From: Candidatus Aegiribacteria sp.
Lineage (GTDB): Bacteria; Fermentibacterota; Fermentibacteria; Fermentibacterales; JCC-6
Direction of reading: 5' to 3'
Assembly: GCA_023138735.1 (NCBI GenBank)
Contig: JAGLOY010000085.1
Coordinates: 6,657 to 70,656, forward strand
DNA length: 64,000 bases
A program made the position numbers and the translations under genes. The notes beneath the pieces were generated by a model. That model did not search any database. It worked only from the letters and a program-made list of their open reading frames with translations, and was not told where the DNA came from. Shown one piece after another: positions 16,463 through 25,645 of the stretch. The first letter of the stretch is position 1; each line of letters starts with the position of its first letter.

Positions 16463-18109
16463 TCAGATGAATCGGTACAACCCTTTCAGTTGCCTTCTCT
16501 CAAGAACGTTTCCTCCCGTGGTTTGAACTGCTATCAGACTGCCCTCAACAGTAATCCGTCTCACTTCTGCATCAAGTACTCCAAGCAGATCGTATACCCC
16601 GGCATCAATCTGAAGCTGCCTTTCAAGTCTGGAGACCGGCTCCGGTGAAGGCGGTTCTTTCTTATTTAGCCATGTTGATGAAACCATTCTTCCCGCCGAG
16701 AATACTGCACACCTGTTACTGTCCGAGATCGATGGCTTCCATAACAGGGATAACCAGCCCAGCTGGCAGAACCACGCCCCTCTGCGGAGATCTCTGACTC
16801 CGGCTGCAAGCAGCCATTCAAGGTGTCTCTTCACTCCCTCCTCATCAATGGTTATCACCGGGTCGCTATCCTCATCATTCTCTTCATGTTCACTCTTCTT
16901 CTCATCTATCCGCCGTAACCATAAGGCGAGACCCGCTGATAGAAGATTACTGCTAGAAACAGGTGAACTTATTTGAAGTTCATTCCTGAACATTGAAAAT
17001 CCCGACTCCAGCGCTCCTTCTTCAAGAGGCCGATACTCCAGACCCAGCAGCTTCGCGGGTATGGTGCCTCCATCATTCACCGTGGAAAGTAATTTATTGA
17101 TTAACAGTGCCTGGGAATTGTCCGGAACAGGACCCCACACGAAGTCGTTCCCGGGGGCTGATGAGACGGAAGAAAGGTCTCTCGATAGAAATACAATTCC
17201 GCTGCCTCTTCCTCTCAGAGCAATATTGTAAGGAGGGTCGAATCTTCTGATTGTGCCGAATTCAAGCAATGCCGCTTCGAGGGGAGTTTCGCATTCCTCA
17301 ATAGATACATCGTGAACCTGGGATACAAGTTCAAGAGTCTTCTCATCAGCTTTCCTTCTGGTGAAATAACTGTTGACACGCCTTCTAAGTGAGGTGCCCT
17401 TCCCGGCATACAGAACCTTTCTCTCTTTCGAGAGAAGGCAATACACGCCCGGTGTGTCCGGCAGGGATAATCTGGTTTCCCTTGGGATTGGGTAGGACCA
17501 GCTTCCTTTGCCGGGAGAGGGTGGTTCCGAGAGGAAATCATGCAGCTGCGAAAGTGTCATGATGCCCTTCCCGCCAAGCTCTGAGACAAGCCTGGCCCAG
17601 ATAAGTGCAGTTGCCCGGACATGATCGGCAGCCCTCTTCTTCTCATCCATGGAGTATCCCAGGTATCCTGCAACGGCACGGATTCCCTTTCTGGGCAGAC
17701 GGGGATACAGCCTTCGTGCAATCTCCCTTGTACAGATGATCTGCGGTATCTCCTCATCCGGGAGACAGACCGAGAAAAGATGATCGATCCATCGCTGTTC
17801 GAAAATGGCATAATGAGCAATCGGAAGAGTATTTCCCAGAGCCGCACGCAGAAGCCCGGCAAGTTCGTAGTGGTCAAGACCATCTCTGCACATTTCTGCC
17901 GAGATACCGGTCATCCTTGAAACTCGAAACGGGATCGACTCTCCGTCGGGCAGCAGGACCAGATGGGAATGTATATTCGGTTCGTACTCTTCAATACCCG
18001 AAGGCAGGATTGTCCATGCTATCTCGAGCAGGGATCCTATTGCAGGTGTGGCTCCCGTAGTCTGACAGTCAAGTATTGCAACCGGCAGGCAGGCTAATTC
18101 ATTCTCCAT
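16463..18109 (-). CDS. DnaQ-like exonuclease-fold domain fused to a GIY-YIG (UvrC/Cho-like) nuclease domain
   Basis: N-terminus VAILDCQTTGA (ExoI-like, but Q in place of the canonical E). GIY-YIG motif GVYCLLSKERKVLYAGKGTSLRRRVNSYF...EAALLEFGTIRRFDPPYN. Confidence 0.75.
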   Translation of the reverse strand: MENELACLPVAILDCQTTGATPAIGSLLEIAWTILPSGIEEYEPNIHSHLVLLPDGESIPFRVSRMTGISAEMCRDGLDHYELAGLLRAALGNTLPIAHYAIFEQRWIDHLFSVCLPDEEIPQIICTREIARRLYPRLPRKGIRAVAGYLGYSMDEKKRAADHVRATALIWARLVSELGGKGIMTLSQLHDFLSEPPSPGKGSWSYPIPRETRLSLPDTPGVYCLLSKERKVLYAGKGTSLRRRVNSYFTRRKADEKTLELVSQVHDVSIEECETPLEAALLEFGTIRRFDPPYNIALRGRGSGIVFLSRDLSSVSSAPGNDFVWGPVPDNSQALLINKLLSTVNDGGTIPAKLLGLEYRPLEEGALESGFSMFRNELQISSPVSSSNLLSAGLALWLRRIDEKKSEHEENDEDSDPVITIDEEGVKRHLEWLLAAGVRDLRRGAWFCQLGWLSLLWKPSISDSNRCAVFSAGRMVSSTWLNKKEPPSPEPVSRLERQLQIDAGVYDLLGVLDAEVRRITVEGSLIAVQTTGGNVLERRQLKGLYRFI

Positions 18110-18115
18110 TCAAGA

Positions 18116-18613
18116 TCATGATTCAGGATCTCTGTCGAAGAACTCGCTGGCCCACTGAAAATCACAGCCGGCGCCCAGGGCAGCATTCCTGTCGGCATCA
18201 CGGTCGCCTACGAAAAGAACGTTTTCCGGAGAGACTCCGTAAAGCTGCATCAAACGGTTCAGCATTGCAGGATCAGGTTTACGGCAGCCGCAACCGCTGT
18301 GAGGAACGTGGGGACACATCTCAATAGTACCTTCTGCGGGGTTGAATCCAAACGCTTCGCTGAATGTATCCTCAAGTAATTTCATGGCAGTACTCTCAGG
18401 GAAGTAACCAACACCCACACCCCCCTGGTTGCTGGCAATGCCGTAACCCACCCCGAATTCCCCTCCTGGATGAACCCAGTCGAACGGGGCCAGTTTATCG
18501 ATCACATCCGGGTAGAGCTTCCATTCACCAGCTCTGTTCGGGCATGGCTGCCCTTCAACAGTACAGTACCTGAGCGTTCCATCGGCATCGAAGATTATTA
18601 AGCGATAATCCAT
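18116..18613 (-). CDS. HAD-superfamily phosphatase, GmhB/histidinol-phosphatase-like
   Basis: IIFDADGTL, CPHVPHSGCGCRKP (zinc-site motif of GmhB-type enzymes) and FVGDRDADRNAA. Confidence 0.75.
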   Translation of the reverse strand: MDYRLIIFDADGTLRYCTVEGQPCPNRAGEWKLYPDVIDKLAPFDWVHPGGEFGVGYGIASNQGGVGVGYFPESTAMKLLEDTFSEAFGFNPAEGTIEMCPHVPHSGCGCRKPDPAMLNRLMQLYGVSPENVLFVGDRDADRNAALGAGCDFQWASEFFDRDPES

Positions 18614-18682
18614 TTATGATATTCCCCCTGAAAGAGTATCGTGTAATAATCCCCAGCAGTTTGAAAACAGAGCCTGAATAAC

Positions 18683-20740
18683 CTAGTTAATATCGTCTGT
18701 TCCATGCCAGAAACCTCCGCCGAGCAGGGACTGCGCTACGTTGGTCAAGTGATCCCCTATTCTTTCGCAGTAGTTGATGAAATCCAGAATGGCGAGTCCT
18801 GTCATGTCTGCTACACCGAACTTTGAAAGGGATTCCGAATAGTAGTCTTTCACTCGTTCGTCCAGTCGGTTCAGCTTCTCCTCGAGTGCAAGTACATTTT
18901 GTGAAGCTTTACGGTCATGAAAAGCGAGGGACTTTTCTATTAAGGTAGTCATATTCCCGATAATAGAAACCGCTTCCCTTGCCGCCTCGGGAAGCACACC
19001 TTCTGCATTTTCAATATTGTCACTGATCCTTTCCCTGGCTTCGACCATGTTGACTGCGTGATCCGAGACTCTCTCGATGTCGTTTATCGTATGAAGCAAT
19101 ACTGGCAGGCGAAGTGACACATCCTCTGTGAGATCGCGCTGGAAGAGCTTGGAAGCATAGATAGTTATGTCCCGCTGCATATCGTCTACCTGATCCTCTT
19201 TCTTCATGATGGAATCCCCATTGGGGCTGCCTGTCATGAAGCAGCTTATTCCGGCCATAACGGTCTCTCTCGCCACTTCTGCCATCTTGACTGTTTCTCT
19301 CTCAATCTCGACAATTGCTATCTCTGGAGTATCAAGGAGTTTCTCCTCGAGCATAACTTCCGTTCGGGAGAACTCGCTTTCCTTAACAGGTACTATCATC
19401 CTGCAAATCCGGGCCACAAACGGAATCAGCGGAAGGAAGAGAAAGGAATTGAAGATGTTGAATATGGAATGAGCGTTGGCGACCTGTCTCATGAGGGAGT
19501 CGGACGTCATCTGAACCAGCTTAAGGAATGGATTTCCGGGTATCGACAGGATCAGGGCGAAATACGTTGCCTCGATCAGTTTAATAAATGTATGACCGAC
19601 TGCCGTCCGTCTTGCGGCTCTGCCCCCTCCGATAGCAGCAAGCTGTGCAGTTATAGTCGTTCCTATATTGTCTCCGAGCACGAGATACAGGGCACCTTCA
19701 ACCGAGATCAATCCTGAAGCGGCAAGTGTCATTGTCAAGCCAACTGTAGCACTGGAACTCTGCACGAGCATGGTAACCAGTGTTCCAGCTGCAATTCCCA
19801 GGATAGGGTTCGAGCTGAAGTTCGTGAAAAATGCCTTTACTGATGCACTTGTCTTGAGAGGGTCGAGGACCTGCCTCATTAACGCCATTCCGAGAAAGAT
19901 GAGACCCAGACCGATGATGACCCTTCCCCAGAACTGCTTCCTCTTACTGGTGCTGAATGCGTACAGAACAAACCCGACTGCCACAATCGGAAGGGCAAAA
20001 TCAGTTATTTTGAATGCCAGAAGCTGCCCGGTGATAGTTGTTCCGATGTTCGAACCTAGAATTACACCGAGAGACTGCTGAAAGGTCATCAATCCGGCAT
20101 TTACAAGCCCGACAGCGATGACGGTAACTGCGCTGGAGCTTTGAACAATTGCAGTGGTCATTGTACCGGTCATAAGACCAGCGAATCTGTTGCCGGTCAT
20201 TTTTTTGAGGAGCACACGCATCTTGGATCCACCCACACGCTGAAGCGATTCGGACATCATCTTCATACCAAGGAGGAAGATCGCAAGACCACCGATGATC
20301 TGGAAAATTAACTGCATCACGTCGATGCCCAGAGCGGAATAGTCAACACAATATTCTGAACCGTCGGGAAGAAAAACAACTGCCTCGACCAGATTGTTTC
20401 CCGTCTCGTCACCCAGCTTCAGTGATACGGCAGCCACTCCGTCAGTACCGGTGTTGAGCCTGAGGCCGTCTATGGCACCGGACACTGTGTCGCCATCGAG
20501 AACCACTGGATTGATGCCCGAGAAGGGCACCGCAATCGATCCCTCCTGGGAACTCACTGCAAAAGCTACAGTGACGCCCGGGACGGCTCGTCCAGAAGAA
20601 TCGAGGACAGTAATTGAAAGCGGCTCACTCAGTATAGACCCTACCCGACCGTGCTGAGAACTACCGGAAACCTCCACCGTGTAGCCATTTGCAAGTGTGA
20701 TCGATAGTGAGAAGAACAGGACTGCGAGAACTGACCGCAT
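18683..20740 (-). CDS. Na+/phosphate cotransporter (NptA family) with C-terminal PhoU-like domain and N-terminal signal peptide plus Ig-like extension
   Basis: Two QSSSA motifs (IVQSSSAVTVIAVG, LVQSSSATVGLTMT), PhoU-like helical tail, and an N-terminal ~140-aa beta-rich extension. Confidence 0.85.
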   Translation of the reverse strand: MRSVLAVLFFSLSITLANGYTVEVSGSSQHGRVGSILSEPLSITVLDSSGRAVPGVTVAFAVSSQEGSIAVPFSGINPVVLDGDTVSGAIDGLRLNTGTDGVAAVSLKLGDETGNNLVEAVVFLPDGSEYCVDYSALGIDVMQLIFQIIGGLAIFLLGMKMMSESLQRVGGSKMRVLLKKMTGNRFAGLMTGTMTTAIVQSSSAVTVIAVGLVNAGLMTFQQSLGVILGSNIGTTITGQLLAFKITDFALPIVAVGFVLYAFSTSKRKQFWGRVIIGLGLIFLGMALMRQVLDPLKTSASVKAFFTNFSSNPILGIAAGTLVTMLVQSSSATVGLTMTLAASGLISVEGALYLVLGDNIGTTITAQLAAIGGGRAARRTAVGHTFIKLIEATYFALILSIPGNPFLKLVQMTSDSLMRQVANAHSIFNIFNSFLFLPLIPFVARICRMIVPVKESEFSRTEVMLEEKLLDTPEIAIVEIERETVKMAEVARETVMAGISCFMTGSPNGDSIMKKEDQVDDMQRDITIYASKLFQRDLTEDVSLRLPVLLHTINDIERVSDHAVNMVEARERISDNIENAEGVLPEAAREAVSIIGNMTTLIEKSLAFHDRKASQNVLALEEKLNRLDERVKDYYSESLSKFGVADMTGLAILDFINYCERIGDHLTNVAQSLLGGGFWHGTDDIN

Positions 20741-20851
20741 TACTAATCCTCCATTTTGCGCTGGTTTCCCGATACATTAAGATGGGAATATAGTATAAGA
20801 ATAACTGTCTAGGTTCAGCATGTGGTTCCCGAGCCGGATCCGGAAAGGATA

Positions 20852-23800
20852 TTAATGCGAGTTCTTATGCCACCTGTCCAGTTTCACATAGAGACAGGGC
20901 AGAACGACCAGAGTTAAGAGTGTGGCGACCGCAAGACCTCCGGCTACAGTTCGAGCCATTGGAGCCCACATAACTGAGCTTTCCGTAGCCCCGATTGCAA
21001 GCGGCATAAGCGCCAGAATGGTCGTTATCGCTGTCATGAGTATCGGACGCATTCTTTTCCTTCCAGCCAGAATGATGGCATCCCGGGATGACATCCCATC
21101 TTTCCTTCGAAGCTGGTTAGCGTAATCGATAAATACAATGCCGTTATTCACAACTATTCCAGTAAGCATCAGCAGGCCTACAAGTGCCGTAAGCCCCATG
21201 GTTGTACCGGTCAGGAACAAAGTCCAGATAACTCCGATCATTGCAAGGGGAACTTCGACTATTATGATGAATGGTTCCAGAAGTGACTCGAACTGGGAAG
21301 CCATTATCATGTAAACGAGGATTATTGCAACTCCGATAGCCATTGCCATAGTTCCGAACGCTTCGCCCCTGTCCTTGATGTCGCCGAGTATTTCGAATCT
21401 GTGACCGCTGAGGTCCAGTGTGTCCATCATGATCTCAACATCTGATGCAACATCTCCCAGTGCTCTGCCTGCTATCCTGCAGCTGACTTCCACTGTCCTT
21501 GTTCTGTTCCTTCTTCCTATCTCTTCGGGAGCCAGCGTGTTCTGAAAACTGCCCCATGCGTCCAGGGGCATGCCGTACGCTATGGTACCGGCCAGAGCTT
21601 CGATGCTTGTTCTTGCCTCCTCCGCATAACGAAGGTTAACATCATACTCCTGATTGTTTTCCGTATACGTGGTGGCATCCAGCCCCAGTATGCCAATCGT
21701 GAGTTCCATCCCTATTGCAACCGGGGATTTCCCTCTGAGGAAGAGCAAGTTCTCATCGGGCACGAAATCTATCTGCATCAACTGGTTCTCCATTGAGGAT
21801 GATACATCAACTGTTCCGGGAATTCGATCCATCTCCGTTTTTACATGTTCCCCGATATTTCTAAGCTCATCGAGATCTGCTCCGTATATTATTATGCTCA
21901 CAGGTAATTCGTTACCGATAGGCATTCCGCTTGTAAGGCTGTATTCGATACCGGGAACAGAGCGGAGCAGTTCACGTATGGCGGCATCGTAATACTCAAT
22001 ACTTCTGGACCGTTCGCTCTCTCTGACGAAATACAGGCTTAACTCTCCGTTTGCCGAGGATGAAGAACCGAACAGCGCGCCCATGCCCTCCTGCTTGCCT
22101 ACATTCAGGTAGGAATTGTCCAGATCACCCGGCTCGATAAGCTCGATGATTCTGCCTTCGATCGAAACCAGCAGACTGTCCGTGAATTCAAGACCCGTTC
22201 CCGTGGCAAGGCTGAGTTTGATTTCAATGAGACCCTCCTTCGGTTCCGGAAGAAAGGTCTTTGGAATGAATCTCATTACGAAGAACGATAATGCGAACAT
22301 GAGGATCACAGGTATGAAAACGAACCTGGAATGTTCGGTGAACCACCCGATGGCTCTGGAGTACTTCTCTTCCAATCTTTCCAGCCAGCGCTGAATCTTC
22401 GTCGACAGCGAACGCTCCGAGTGCGGTTTTATCAGGTTCCTCGACCTTGAGGCCAGCACAGGTATTAAGGATTGCGAAACGAACAGTGATATGAAGAGTG
22501 CGGCTGCGATGGTCAGGCTCAGGTCCCTGAATATCTGCCCGGTCATTCCAGGTACGAACAGCATCGGGATGAATACAGCAACGGTCGTAAGGGTTGATGC
22601 CGTTACTGCCATTCCAACCTGTCCGGCACCATGTTCGGCAGCTTTTAACCGGTCTTCACCCTCCCTTCGCCATCGGTGAATGTTCTCAAGAACAACCACC
22701 GAATTGTCCACTATCATACCGATGGATATACTCAATCCTGCCAGGGACATGATGTTAAGACTCACTCCAAGCAGGTACATCACCGCAAACGAAGCGACGA
22801 ATGAAAGGGGCATGGATAGGCTGATTATTCCGGCATTCGAAACCGATCCGAGAAAGAACGTGAGCACAACTGCAGCAAGTATGATCGCCTGCACCGCTGT
22901 CAGCATGAGATCTTTCATGGAGCCGGTAATGAATCTTTCCTGGTTGTAGATTATCTCGGTTTCCAGTGTACCTGCGTACTCCTCCGAAACTTCATTAATC
23001 GCAGATTCAAGCCTGTTGCATGTATTCACAGTATTGGCATCGGAACTCTTCCTGAAAACCAGAAGGATTGCCTCCTCCTGATTTAGGTGAGTGTATTCGG
23101 TCTGTTCTGCATGACCGTCAGCAACCATCGCTACTTCTTCAAGCCTGACGTGCCTGTCGCCCTGATCACCTATAACCAGCTCCCGGATACTCTGCAGATC
23201 GTCAAAGCCTGATTTCACACTGACAGCGAACTCCAGGTTACCATCTCTTATATCACCACCCGGCTGATCTCCACCGACAGCAGCAAGAGCACTATAGACC
23301 CGGGAAATGGGAATTCCAGTCTCGGCAAGCAGCACAGGATCAACTTCAACATTGATCTGTCTGACCTGCCCGCCGCTGATAACAACGGACGATATACCTT
23401 CGACCCTTCCGAGCCTTGGCGAGATATCCTCATCAACAAGGTTCCTAATCTGAGTCCCGTTCATGATGTCGCTGCTGAAAGTCACCATTATCAGGGGCTT
23501 CATGCTGGATTCCATCGCCATGATGACTGGATCGGTGGCTCCATCCGGAAGCTGGCCTTTCACTCTGTCAACCGCATCCCTGATATCAATCTCAGCTTGA
23601 TCGATATCGGCACTGTTCTTAAGTTCAAGCGTAATCATGCTGACGCCGTTTTTGGAAACGGAAACAACCGTTTCTACACCTTCAACTCCGGAGACCGCGT
23701 CTTCGATTATCTCTGTTACAAGCCCCTCCACTTCGGAAGGCCCTGCCCCCGGGAGGATAGTTACAACGGAGATCTGCCCAAGATCCACTTTGGGAAAGTA

Positions 23801-23905
23801 ATCGATTCCAAGCTGCGTTACCGCGAACAGACCGGCACCGGCCATGACGATGAAAATCATAAGGAAGGTAATCCTTCTTCTGATGGCAAGTCCTGGAAGA
23901 CTCAT
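20852..23905 (-). CDS. RND efflux transporter permease (AcrB/AcrD/AcrF family)
   Basis: 1017 aa with 12-TM RND architecture and typical N-terminal RRRITFLMIF...DYFP. Confidence 0.92.
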   Translation of the reverse strand: MSLPGLAIRRRITFLMIFIVMAGAGLFAVTQLGIDYFPKVDLGQISVVTILPGAGPSEVEGLVTEIIEDAVSGVEGVETVVSVSKNGVSMITLELKNSADIDQAEIDIRDAVDRVKGQLPDGATDPVIMAMESSMKPLIMVTFSSDIMNGTQIRNLVDEDISPRLGRVEGISSVVISGGQVRQINVEVDPVLLAETGIPISRVYSALAAVGGDQPGGDIRDGNLEFAVSVKSGFDDLQSIRELVIGDQGDRHVRLEEVAMVADGHAEQTEYTHLNQEEAILLVFRKSSDANTVNTCNRLESAINEVSEEYAGTLETEIIYNQERFITGSMKDLMLTAVQAIILAAVVLTFFLGSVSNAGIISLSMPLSFVASFAVMYLLGVSLNIMSLAGLSISIGMIVDNSVVVLENIHRWRREGEDRLKAAEHGAGQVGMAVTASTLTTVAVFIPMLFVPGMTGQIFRDLSLTIAAALFISLFVSQSLIPVLASRSRNLIKPHSERSLSTKIQRWLERLEEKYSRAIGWFTEHSRFVFIPVILMFALSFFVMRFIPKTFLPEPKEGLIEIKLSLATGTGLEFTDSLLVSIEGRIIELIEPGDLDNSYLNVGKQEGMGALFGSSSSANGELSLYFVRESERSRSIEYYDAAIRELLRSVPGIEYSLTSGMPIGNELPVSIIIYGADLDELRNIGEHVKTEMDRIPGTVDVSSSMENQLMQIDFVPDENLLFLRGKSPVAIGMELTIGILGLDATTYTENNQEYDVNLRYAEEARTSIEALAGTIAYGMPLDAWGSFQNTLAPEEIGRRNRTRTVEVSCRIAGRALGDVASDVEIMMDTLDLSGHRFEILGDIKDRGEAFGTMAMAIGVAIILVYMIMASQFESLLEPFIIIVEVPLAMIGVIWTLFLTGTTMGLTALVGLLMLTGIVVNNGIVFIDYANQLRRKDGMSSRDAIILAGRKRMRPILMTAITTILALMPLAIGATESSVMWAPMARTVAGGLAVATLLTLVVLPCLYVKLDRWHKNSH

Positions 23906-24963
23906 TGCTGTACCACCCTTACATGAGAACCATGTTCAACAAGGTGATGACCAAGAAGAATGACCGAGTCTCCCGGTTCAACTCCCATGGTTATTTCGAA
24001 ATTCGTCCCGTTCACAATACCGATTTCAACCTGAACGATCTCTGCGATACTGTTACTGATAAGTGCCGCTTCCCACGAGGAATCATCTTTATGAAGCAGC
24101 ACTCGAAGGGGTAGGACCACTGTGTCTTCTGAGGTTTCAAGCCCGATGGTCGCTGTGCCGGTCATCCCTGAACGAAGCCTGCCGGAACTGTCATGGAACT
24201 GAACCATTACTGAAACCAGCCCCGATAGAGGATCAACAAATGATGAGAAGGACACTACTTCTCCGGGGAAGAGCTCAGAGGGGTAGTGAGAAGTGGTGAG
24301 TACAACTGGAAGCCCTTCTGCCAGATAATGCAGATGTCGACCAGAAATCAGCAGTTCTGACTTCATCACACCGCCGTCTGCGATCGAAACAAGAGGTCCT
24401 GAAGAAAGGTAGCCCTCCTTTGCCCAGACACGAGTGACTGTCCCGGTGAACGGCGCCAGTATCTTTCCGCTTTCCTCCATGCTGCTTGCATTTACGTATC
24501 CGGCAAGAGCCTGTCTGACATTTGCTTCTGAAACCGCTGATGCGGCTACGGTCATTTCGTATTCACTTTCGCTTATAGCTCCAGCCAGTCTTAGTCTCCC
24601 TGCTCTTTGAAGGTTGGCCTGAGCATTGGATGCTGCTGTTCTGGCAGCCGTAAGCTGTGCTGATGAAGCGGAAACAGCGCTGCTGTACTGCTGATCGGTA
24701 GAGAGCTCCACAAGGATTGCCCCCTCCTGAACTTCATCACCTTCGCGGGCGGTAACTGCAAGTATTCTACCCGGATTCATAGCGGTAATGACAGCTTCGC
24801 TGCTGGATTCGAGCCTGCACGCCGCTATAACCGTTGAGCTTATCACCTGAGATTCTGCCACCATTACAGTGACCGGGATGGGATTATCAGCCATTTCCTC
24901 CGATTGGCTGCAGGATATAATCAGCATAAGAACAGACACAAGCCCGAGGGTAATCTCTTTCAT
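23902..24963 (-). CDS. RND efflux periplasmic adaptor (membrane fusion protein)
   Basis: 4-nt overlap with the permease gene. Lipoprotein-like N-terminus, coiled-coil hairpin, and beta-barrel C-terminal region. Confidence 0.85.
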   Translation of the reverse strand: MKEITLGLVSVLMLIISCSQSEEMADNPIPVTVMVAESQVISSTVIAACRLESSSEAVITAMNPGRILAVTAREGDEVQEGAILVELSTDQQYSSAVSASSAQLTAARTAASNAQANLQRAGRLRLAGAISESEYEMTVAASAVSEANVRQALAGYVNASSMEESGKILAPFTGTVTRVWAKEGYLSSGPLVSIADGGVMKSELLISGRHLHYLAEGLPVVLTTSHYPSELFPGEVVSFSSFVDPLSGLVSVMVQFHDSSGRLRSGMTGTATIGLETSEDTVVLPLRVLLHKDDSSWEAALISNSIAEIVQVEIGIVNGTNFEITMGVEPGDSVILLGHHLVEHGSHVRVVQQ

Positions 24964-25559
24964 TTCGATCCAGTCATCCCTTCAAGGAGAATCTTCCCAA
25001 TTGAATCAATATATTCCTTGCTCATTTCGTCCTCACTCATGTCCTCGCCAAACCAGGCGGAAATCCTGTTACGGGAGATGAACCACATCTCGCAGAGAGA
25101 CATGAAACAGATAACGAACATTCTGGGATCTATGTCATCCCTGAAAACTCCTTTTTTCTGAAGCTCCTTAAGCGTTCCGATGATTTCACTTCTCACTTCA
25201 GGGGGAGGACAGATCCACAGAGACTGCTCTGCATTGAGCCACGCAAGCATCCGTACGAACTGCGGGTTATCCCTTAAAAATTCAAAATAGGTGGTGTGGT
25301 TCTTCTTTGTCCTTACTGCCTCCAGCCCATCGGATGCGATGGATGACACCATTTCAATCATCCTCTGGGGAAGTTTTGCCTGGGATACCCGTCTATGAAT
25401 AACTTCATCCCAGAGTTCCCTTTTTGATGCGAAGTAGTGGTAAAGAAGGCTTTTCGCCACAGCAGCCCTCTCCGCAATGCTTTTCATGGAAGAGCCGGAG
25501 AATCCACTGTTAACAAAAATCTCCTCTGCGGCATCCATTATGCTGTCCCGTGTACTCAT
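24960..25559 (-). CDS. TetR/AcrR family transcriptional regulator
   Basis: HTH region IMDAAEEIFVNSGFSGSSMKSIAERAAVAKSLLYHYFASKRELW. 4-nt overlap with the adaptor gene. Confidence 0.9.
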   Translation of the reverse strand: MSTRDSIMDAAEEIFVNSGFSGSSMKSIAERAAVAKSLLYHYFASKRELWDEVIHRRVSQAKLPQRMIEMVSSIASDGLEAVRTKKNHTTYFEFLRDNPQFVRMLAWLNAEQSLWICPPPEVRSEIIGTLKELQKKGVFRDDIDPRMFVICFMSLCEMWFISRNRISAWFGEDMSEDEMSKEYIDSIGKILLEGMTGSK

Positions 25560-25579
25560 GAACCACCTGCTTTCTGCTG

Positions 25580-25597
25580 ACTGACCGTTCGGTCAGT
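25580..25597. promoter_or_regulatory. candidate TetR operator, 8-2-8 perfect inverted repeat actgaccg-tt-cggtcagt
   Basis: Read directly. Lies 21 nt upstream of the tetR start codon and abuts the predicted -10 box. Confidence 0.5.
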
Positions 25598-25625
25598 ATG
25601 ATACATACAGAAAGGAAATTGTCAA
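25598..25625 (-). promoter_or_regulatory. candidate sigma70-type promoter of the tetR-RND operon
   Basis: On the minus strand: TTGACA (25625-25620), a 16-nt spacer, then TATCAT (25603-25598). Confidence 0.45.
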
Positions 25626-25645
25626 GTGATCCGGTCTCTGTTTCT

